Translations under genes and position numbers: made by a program
Part shown: piece after piece, positions 54,982 through 64,000 of the stretch
Layout of the letters: every line of letters begins with the position of its first letter
How positions within the stretch are numbered: the first letter of the stretch is position 1
Assembly: GCA_951406725.2 (NCBI GenBank)
Contig: OX597817.1
Location: forward strand, 53,320,001-53,384,000
From: Octopus vulgaris
Lineage: Eukaryota
DNA: 64,000 nt
Direction: 5' to 3'
The notes under the pieces: model-generated
The model's database searches: none
What the model was told of the DNA's origin: nothing
What the model saw: only the letters and a program-made list of their open reading frames with translations

Positions 54982-55388
54982 TCTTTACTCTTTTACTTGT
55001 TTCAGTCATTTGACTGCGGCCATGCTGGAGCACCGCCTTTAGTCGATCAAATCGACCCCAGGACTTATTCTTTGTAAGCCCAGTACTTATTCTATCGGTC
55101 TCTTTTGCCGAACCGCTAAGTGACGGGGACGTAAACACACCAGCATCGGTTGTCAAGCAATGCTAGGGGGACAAACACAGACACATAACCCCCACCACAC
55201 ACATATATATATATATACATATATACGACAGGCTTCTTTCAGTTTCCGTCTACCAAATCCACTCACAAGGCTTTGGTCGGCCCGGGACTATAGCAGAAGA
55301 CACTTGCCCAGCATGCCACGCAGTGGGATTGAACCCGGAACCATGTGGTTGGTAAACAAGCTACTTACCACACAGCCACTCCTGCGCC
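54982..55388 (-). mobile_element. SINE family B, full length
   Basis: Family B consensus, reverse strand. Confidence 0.92.
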
Positions 55389-56088
55389 TATTGTTTTTAT
55401 ATTTTGAATTAAATATATACTCTCAGAGTGGTTGGCATTAGGAAAGGCATCCAGCTATAGAAACCTTGCCAAATCAGATTGGGACCTGGTGCAGCTTACC
55501 AGTTCTTGGCGAAACCTTCAAACCCATGCCAGCATGGAAAACGGACACATTAGATGACTACGACGATGATGATGATGATATAGAAGGACACCAAAATCTT
55601 GTAGGGCCTCTCTATAGGTTTTAGTCTGACCCTGCCTTTGAGAAAAGCATTTGTGACAGTGAATGTATTTAATTAGCATAATTACTGCATTGTTTACCAT
55701 AATTACAGCAATATTTCTAATTAGCATAATAACTGCATCATTTTGTTTGCATATTAATTTCCCGCGTGCGCGATAGTTTCGTTTGCCAACTGCGTACATT
55801 GTACGACCAGTATGCTTGCACAGTTTCCCCTTTAAGCTGAGGATGTACACACACACAGACACACAGAGTTTAGAAGGAACAGTTGTGTCATAATGTTCGA
55901 CCTCTCCCAAACGTATAAACAACATGTTAACACAAACAAGAAACAGATTTGTGGATTTGACCAGCCTGACTGTTGTTTATTCCTAATTTCACCTTCGGCC
56001 ATCAGATCTATAACAAACATAATCCCATCTTTTTCCGACAAAATGTATCGGGTACTACATTATCTAGTCGGTATCTCTTTACTGTTGT

Positions 56089-56473
56089 AGGCGGCGAGCT
56101 GGCAGAAACGTTAGCACGCCGGGCGAAATGCGTAGCCGTATTTCGTCCGCCGTTACGTTCTGAGTTCAAATTCCGCCGAGGTCGACTTTGCCTGTCATCC
56201 TTTCGGTGTCGATTAAATAAGTACCAGTTAAGCACTGGGGTTGATATAATCGACTTAATCCGTTTGTCTGTCCTTGTTTGTCGTCTCTGCGTTTAGCCCC
56301 ATGCGGGTAGTAAAGAAATGGGTATTTCGTCTGCCGCTACGTTCTGAGTTCAAATTCCGCCGAATTTATCGGGGTCGATAAATTCAGTACCAGATGTAAA
56401 CGACTTAATCCGTTTGTCTGTCCTTGTTTGTCCCCTCTGTGTTTATCCCCTTGTGGGTAGTAAAGAAATAGGT
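56089..56473 (+). mobile_element. SINE A dimer
   Basis: Family A consensus with internal restart. Confidence 0.9.
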
Positions 56474-57278
56474 ATCTCTTTTCTGTTGTTGTTCATTCCA
56501 AGTTTTATGAGCAATAATGTTCCAACCATGACCAGTCTGACTGTTTTCCAGACTTAATGAGTCGAGAATTATCTTATCCTACGATTCCATATTTTTTTTC
56601 TATAGCAATAATGTGACGATGTCATTTCAATAGAGGATTGGCTGCTATTTCTAGCAACTGTGTAGCGGCTTTGTAATTGGCTGCTGCATTGTTTGGTCAG
56701 CAAGGAGGGTGAAATGAGTGTTGTTCATATATTTTTGTAGCACCTTCATCAACAATAGGAAGTGGAGTAGCTACAACTTGGGAAAGGAAGAACATCTTAG
56801 TTGCACTATTACCCCCTACTCTGCAGTTTTTGTCAATTGGTTGAATGGCTTTTAGAAATTGGCCCAATTTGTGTATGAGCAGTCCAGACTTGTGAGTCGC
56901 ATCATTATTTAACGTCCGTTTTCCATGCTGGCATAGGTTGGACGGTTTGACTGAAAATTGGTAAGCCAGGGAGCTGTACCCGGTTCCGATAGCTATTTCA
57001 TAAAACACCGTCGAGTTTTGCACAAATGTCTGAAACCCAGAGAGGGAACCTCTACATGGAAGTTCAACCTGTTAGATATTGTAGGTAAATCTCCCTTACA
57101 TAATGTCCTGCTTGCTGCCTAAAAAAGAAAGTAAGTCACCACATTGGATAAATTGGTTTTATGGGGTGTAGAAGCACTGTTTGAAAAAAAAAACTATAGT
57201 CACGGCTGGATTGTCTTTGATTATATCCCAGCTGGATTAAAGCTGACATGGGACTAAAACATCTGCGAGTTGACTTAA

Positions 57279-58040
57279 GAGAAGATGGAGAGAGAGAGGG
57301 AAAGAGTGAGAAAGAGAGAAAATGAGTGGGAGAGAAGTTTAAATAAATATATACGCGCTTATTGAATGTTACTCAAAGGAGAGGGAAAGAGAGAGAAAGA
57401 GAGTGAGGGAAAAGGAGTGACATAGTGAGAGAAAGAGAGTATAGAGATTAAGACCAAGAGTAGCTGAGTGAAAAGGAGAGAGAGAGATAGTAGAAAAATT
57501 GAGCAAGAATAAGAAAAAGTGAGAGAAAAAGAGAGTAGGAGGAAGAGAGATATATAACAGAACGAAAGAGTGTTAGAGATAGAGTAAGACACACACGAAA
57601 AAGATAGAGTAAGAGATAGAACGAGAAGATAAAGATAGAGTAAGAGATACAAGGAAAAGCTAAAGATTGATAGATAGATATAGAGAGAGTGAGTAAGACA
57701 GTGAAAGTGAGGGAATAAAGAGAGTAGGAGGAACAGAACGAAAGAGTGTTAGATAGAGTAAGAGACAGTAGAAAAAGATAGAGTAACAGATAGAAGGAAA
57801 CAATAGAGGAAGCGTTAGAGGTAGAACGAAATGATAAAGATAGAGTAAGAGATAGAACGAAAAGATAAAGATAGAGTAAAAGATACAAGGAAAAGATAAA
57901 GATAGAGTAAGAGATAGAACGAAAAGCTAGAGATAGAGTAGGAGAGACAAGGAAAAGATAAATAGATAGATAGAGAGTGAGTGAGATAGTGAAAGTGAGG
58001 GACTAAAGAAAGTATGAGTGGCGTGAAGGGGAGGGGAATG
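57279..58040. repeat. Purine-rich degenerate minisatellite (units like AAGATAGAGTAAGAGATAGAACGAAA)
   Basis: Plus strand is dominated by A/G for about 750 bp; GATAGAGTAA recurs. Confidence 0.9.
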
Positions 58041-58090
58041 AGAAGGCGCATGCGTAATGATGTTAGATGGCAACAGAAAAATGGCGGCCA
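58040..58090 (+). promoter_or_regulatory. LRCH proximal promoter motifs
   Basis: NRF1-like GCGCATGCG at about 58047 and YY1-like AAAATGGCGGC overlapping the ATG. Confidence 0.55.
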
Positions 58091-58252
58091 GCTTTGCGAC
58101 AGGCGGCCAAAGCCCGACTTCTGTTTCCAGAACTCTGGAGAGGGTCTTTGAAGATGCTCAATATTCGGGAGAAGTGTTACTATGCGGACGGAACCTTAAG
58201 GAATATCCAAAGTTTGCCTCTAAATACGACCTGGCGGACACAGTATATGCAG
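58081..58252 (+). CDS. LRCH: Leucine-rich repeat and calponin homology domain protein, first coding exon (gene continues beyond the window)
   Basis: RTLERVFEDAQYSGEVLLCGRNLKEYPKFASKYDLADTVYA resembles the LRCH N-cap (RSLERALEEA..SG.L.LSGRKL.EFP....DL.DT..AD); donor GTAAAA, phase 1. In-frame upstream ATGs exist at 58057 and 58060. Confidence 0.88.
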
Positions 58253-58285
58253 GTAAAAGACCACTAAATGTTACCCAGTCTCCCA

Positions 58286-58418
58286 TGTTATCCACACACA
58301 CATACACGTTATTCACACATACACACACGTTATCCACACACACACACACGTTATCCACACACACACACACACACGTTATCCACACACGCACACGTTATCC
58401 ACACACACACACACACGT
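58286..58418. repeat. Minisatellite of GTTATCCA(CA)n units at the start of LRCH intron 1
   Basis: Six to seven units visible. Confidence 0.9.
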
Positions 58419-58831
58419 TCTGTCTGTAGTACCTCTTCTTCCTCTCTTCATCGTCGTCTGCCGTCGACGACCGACCCTTCCTCTTTATACACATCTCTCT
58501 TCTACATCAGCATCTGCATCACTGTATATACAGTATGTGTGTGTGTGCGTGTAATGTACATACGTATATATATTAATTTGTTTTTTGTGTATGTTTATAG
58601 AGACTACTGCCTCTGTCCTAATATATAAGCCTTTTGATGTTTAATTTATTAAATTATGTTAGCACTGAATTAAAATATTATTTATAACACACATACATAT
58701 TGTATGTATTTATGTGTAAGTTTAATAATATTAGGGTGTATAACTCCAAACTTACAGGGAAAAATTCAATTTAGTATTAGATCACATTTCACAGTAAATA
58801 ATAGTGGTTTTATCTCTAATTCATATTTTAC

Positions 58832-58888
<57 letters not shown>

Positions 58889-59000
58889 AAGTATTGGGGG
58901 TGATGTACAGATTTAATATATATGAAAGAAAAAAGATGTTCAGAATGCTGGATGGTTGTTAAAATATATATTTATTTACATATCACGTATTCTTTCTTCA

Positions 59001-59037
59001 TATTAGCGCTTTCAACTACTGTAGTTTCATCAGAAAT
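59001..59037 (-). ncRNA. Minimal hammerhead-like motif, antisense in LRCH intron 1
   Basis: CTGATGA-AACTA CAG TAGTT-GAAA-GCGC-TA: intact core, stem II and palindromic stem III; stem I is weak. Confidence 0.62.
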
Positions 59038-59052
59038 CAACTACTCCTGTAG

Positions 59053-59088
<36 letters not shown>

Positions 59089-59105
59089 TATCAACTACTC
59101 CTGTA

Positions 59106-59158
<53 letters not shown>

Positions 59159-59973
59159 CATATATACAGAGAATGAGAGAGAGGCATGTAACATATATTG
59201 AGTCTTCTTCCTCGATTGCGAAATATATAAACGATTACGAAAAATATAGACTGCTATTGTTTAGTCCTCAGGTCAGCTCTGATGAAGAACGATATAGCCA
59301 TGACCATCCCACGTTATTCTGCGACAATCTATGAAGAACAGCATAGCAATGACCATCCCATATTATTTCTGCGACAATCTAACTTCTTTAGTACGTCCAT
59401 TTTCCTTCCTTCGAAACCAGGTGAAGAATGGTTCGTGGGGTACTTAGCTTCTCTTTCTTGCAAGTCGAGCGACCACATAGAAGCTCTTTCCCCTCATTGT
59501 CTTCACACGATATGATCCAGTGTATGTGCCTGCGTCTACACACACTATACACAATGTTGAAAATACATTTCGAGATATATATATATATATATACATACAC
59601 ACGCACACATTCAATATATGATGCTGGTTGCATCTCGCTCACATCTCTTGGTCTTCTAGGTTGTCAATTCATCCATCAAGCATTTAGGCCGTTATTCGGT
59701 GTGTGTGTGTGTTATACAGTGATGTTTCTATGATCCAGTGTGTATATTTGATATATGATACGCACAAAACTCTGTGTGTGTGTATTAAAGTGTCTGGTGC
59801 ATTGATGTATAATTGATGTGATACGTATACATATATGTATGCAAAACACGTTTGCGATTATATGATACAGTAGTGTGTGTGTGTGTGTGTGTGTTTGATG
59901 TAGTGGTGCATAATTTTTGTGATATAAATTTGTCTGATACAACTGGTAATCTCTCTCTTTCTGTGTGTGTATG

Positions 59974-60056
<83 letters not shown>

Positions 60057-61290
60057 TCATACATATATAAGTGGAAGCTGTTTATTGTGATAACTTTGTG
60101 ACGAAACCTTTTCAGTTACAATAGGCAGTTCGTAATTTTCAATCATTCTAAGTGGCTTCCTCTTGTGTGTGTGTGTGTAAGTAATCACACACAGATGCAT
60201 TCCTCTATAATTGCATGTCTGCTACAATATCGTATGGAGTATTGTATATACATTTGCATACATTTATTGTATAGACACATAAATTTGTGTGTGTATAGAG
60301 TTGGAGAGAATGGGTTTACATCTTCGGAGTCTCCGCTCGCCAGCCTCCATGTTCCATCATCAATAAATACTGCCGACCGTCTCTAAACACACACTTTAGA
60401 CAGAAAACCATTTACAGCCCAACCTCTCTCATCCCAACCCATTCGCCATATGTCTATCATTTACATTTTCGAAACACTTTGTACATATACACACACACAC
60501 ATCCTCTTTGACCTACACACATACACATCTCTTTGTAGACATACATATCTCTTATAATACATAGTAATTTCCTATGCCCTCTCTCTCACTCTCACTTCTT
60601 CCTAGATGCACTTGTATCACTTCATATACACACTCATGCCTCTTCTTAAACACACATATATCTCTTCTCATACACATACATCATATATACACACTTCTCT
60701 CTTTCTCACGCACACATTACACACATACATCATTTTCCAGACAGACACACAAGCATTCATTACCCCCCCCCTCCACCTCTTTTCTTGGATCAAGTGTTAA
60801 TTATTCAAGCACATTCTTTGTCCATCTTTAGTCCAATTCTATTCTCCAAATATCTTTTGTCTCCTTCATCTGCATAACAACCAACCGACTAAAGAAGCTC
60901 TATGGGGGTCACTCTATCTACTAGAAAATGCTGCCAAGTCTTCCAACATAGATCCCGATGTTTTAAAAATGGAGGGCCACTTGGATAGTGTCGTCTTTGA
61001 TTTACAAATGAAATTGAAACAGACAGTGTCGTGGGTGGGATGTTTCTGATCAAAAGTCTGCTGGATCAGGTTTGACAGTGTTTGTGTTGTTTATTTGCTG
61101 TGGTTTTTGTTGTGTTTGTGTTATTAAATGACCGTTAACATTTTTTGGGAATGGTCTTTATATATTAGTCATCATACACATGGCAGTTGTTTGTGTGTGT
61201 ATACCAACATGTATCATTCATGTATATACACTTCTACAATATATGCACACATGGATACAGATGTCTGTGTTTGCGAATATAAACTACATG

Positions 61291-61343
<53 letters not shown>

Positions 61344-61440
61344 ATTGTTTTAAGGAAATCAATTTCTCCAAAATATTTGGTATTGAACCAGTATTTCCTT
61401 GGATGACACCATCCCTTTATGTGGCTAACGTAACTTCTAA

Positions 61441-61769
61441 TCATCATCATCGTTTAACGTCCGCTTTCCATGCTAGCATGGGTTGGACGATTTTTGACTG
61501 AGGGCTGGCGAACCAGATGGCGGCACCAGGCTCCAGTCTTGATCTGGCAGAGTTTCTACGGCTGGATGCCCTTCCTAACGCCAACCACTCTGAGAGTGTA
61601 GTGGGTGCTTTTTACGTGCCACCGGCATGGGGCCAGTCAGGCGGTACTGGCAACGGCTACACTCAAATCTTTTTACATATGTCACCGGCACAGGTGCCTG
61701 TAAGGCGACACTGGTAATAATCACGCTCGAATGGTGCCTTTTAGGTGCCACTGGTACAGAAACCAGTTA

Positions 61770-61806
<37 letters not shown>

Positions 61807-62547
61807 AAGATGGAATAAACAGACTTTAATTACAAATTACAGCATTTGTTTCGGTGTTTATAAATTTTTATACAAATTCTAAACTCTGAGTTCCACATAT
61901 TTATCCAGCTCAAGGAATAACCTCTCTGTATGAAGTCATATGGTAGCCGATAACAGAATAGGAGCTTTTAAATGCAAATTATGAGATTATTACCCAGATA
62001 ATACTGAATGTGTGTGTGTGCAAGTTGTGTGGCAACTTTAATAGTGCCAGTGGCATGAAAGACGCACCCAGTACATATTGTGGAAAGTGGTTAGTGTTAG
62101 GAAAGGCATCCAGCTGTGGAGACAATGCCAAAACAGAAACTTGAGTCCAGTGCAGTCTTTTGACTTATTGCCTCCTTGTCAAACCGTCCAACCCATGCCA
62201 GCATGGAACATGGGTAACAAATGATGATGATACACACACACATTGAAAAAGTGCATTTTGAAAAAATAAAAGCAGATGGACAGAGGATTCATTACATGTA
62301 TATGGTCAAATATTTTAAAGACTTGAATTATTTTGAAGTCTACCTATAGTAGCTCATAAACATATACTATATATAATAATCATGTATATATATATATGAG
62401 TGGCTGTGTGGTAAGGAGCTTGCTTCCCAACCACATGGTTCTGGGTTCAGTCCCATTGCGTGGCACCTTGGGCAAGTGTCTTCTACTACAGCCTCGGGCT
62501 GACCATAGCCTTGTGAGTGGATTTGGTAGACAGAAACTAAAAGAAAC

Positions 62548-62589
<42 letters not shown>

Positions 62590-63830
62590 GTGTGTGTGTT
62601 TGTTATTTGTGTCTGTGTTTGTGAGTTTGTTCCCCCATCATCGCTTGTCAACCGATGTTGGTGTGTTTACGTCCCTGTCAACTAGTGGTTCGGCAATAAG
62701 AGACCAACAGAATAAGTACTAGGCTTACAAAGAATAAATCCTGGGATCAATTTATTCGTCTAAAGGCAGTGCTCCAGCATGGCCAGTCAAATGACTGAAA
62801 CAAGTAAAAGAATATATATATGTATATATACACACACACGTATATTTACATCACACACACATTGGTGTATCTCATTCAGTCTTATTTGTTTTTCTTAATC
62901 CATATGATACGGTTAGTCATAGGATAGCTTGAAGCTAGATGTTAGAGTAATGATTGATATAAATGGATAGTAGCACCAGGACAGTGAGCTGGCAGAATCA
63001 TTAGCACACCAGGCAAAATGCTTAGTGGCATTTCATCTGTCTTTACATTTTGAGTTCAAATTCCACCGAGGTCGACTCTGCTTTTTATTCTTTTGGGGTT
63101 GATAAAATAGGTATCAGCTGAGTATTGTGGTCAGTGTAATCGACTAGCCCCCCCCCTCTCCAGAACTTGCTGGCCATGTGTGAAAATTTGAAATGGAATA
63201 AATTGACATTGAAACCTCTCGTTCTTGTCATATGAATTCTCTAAGAATTCAAGCATTCCTTGGGTCAATTCCTTTCACTCACATTACAAAGCGACACACC
63301 TTCTTAGTTCTCCTACCCCACTGTTTCTGGGTTCATTAAAATTAGTACCAGACAAAACTGCGGTCAACATAGTCATTCACCCCAATAGGGCAGTTAGCTG
63401 GCAGAAATATTAGCACGCGGGGTGAATTGCTTAGTTGTATTTCGTCTGCCTCTACGTTCTGAGTTCAAATTCCGCCGAGGTCGACTTTGCCTTTCATCCT
63501 TTCGGGGTAGATAAATTAAGTACTCGGGTCGATCTAATCGACTGGCCCCCTCTTCAAAAATTTTGGCCCTTGTGCCTAGAGAAGAAGAGAATATGTGTAG
63601 GTTTGTGGCTCTGCTTGACAGCAGATTTGTTAGTGTCAGACAAAATGCTTACTGGTGTTGCATCTGGTTCTTTACATTCTGAGTTCAAATCTTACTAAGG
63701 AACTTTGCTGTTTTGTCCTTTCAGGGTTGGTAAAATAGAGTACCAGTTAGTTATTAGGGTTGATGTTATCAATGAACTGTTTTCTCCTCTCAAGATTTCT
63801 GGCCTTGTGCCTAAATCAGAAACAATTGTT
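61441..63830. mobile_element. Intronic cluster: RTE D (61441-61772 minus; 62030-62230 plus), SINE B (62398-62812), decayed SINE A copies (62979, 63390, 63620)
   Basis: Matches to the in-window family consensuses. Confidence 0.85.
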
Positions 63831-64000
63831 AACATTGATTCCTGAAACTAATAGAAAGCAATATATTTGCGAGATAGGAGCAGTATGTACATAGCATAGA
63901 TAATGTGTATTTTCTATGTATATAGCATTATAGATGAGTTGATTCAATCACTCACACTCACTCGCACACATATACACACACACACACTCTCTCTCTCTAT

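Noticed and set aside
58286-58405. Repeated TTATCCACA, identical to the bacterial DnaA box
   Set aside because: It arises from a GTTATC plus (CA)n minisatellite in a eukaryotic intron, with no bacterial context.
59279-59300. CTGATGA in LRCH intron 1
   Set aside because: Part of repeat family E, with no stem II or GAAA following.

Overview
Eukaryotic, AT-rich genomic DNA saturated with microsatellites. The repeat content (tRNA-headed SINE families, RTE LINE tails ending in (GAT)n, a 5S type starting GCTTAC) points to an octopus or other coleoid cephalopod; this is an inference. Nearly all supplied ORFs are microsatellite or SINE artefacts. Two host genes are supported: a complete six-exon PSMG1 (proteasome assembly chaperone 1, + strand, 35676-44160, 267 aa, phase-consistent GT-AG junctions, C-terminal HbYX motif LYL) and the first coding exon of an LRCH-family gene (+, 58081-58252). 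The rest is mostly mobile DNA: three SINE families, many 5'-truncated RTE LINEs, a CR1/L2-type LINE 3' end, a Penelope-like GIY-YIG element, two decayed mariner transposases, two non-autonomous Helitron families, hAT-, piggyBac- and Merlin/MULE-like MITEs, and a 5S rRNA pseudogene. The main unexplained signal is about eight minimal hammerhead-ribozyme-like motifs and several fold-back inserts in or near (TA)n tracts, which look like a population of small Penelope-derived, ribozyme-bearing elements. Also notable: a SINE-head/LINE-tail chimera, SINE multimers with one invariant junction, inverted RTE tails bracketing PSMG1 exon 5, and a CpG-decay domain with no gene identified in it. All calls were made by eye, without alignment or folding tools.
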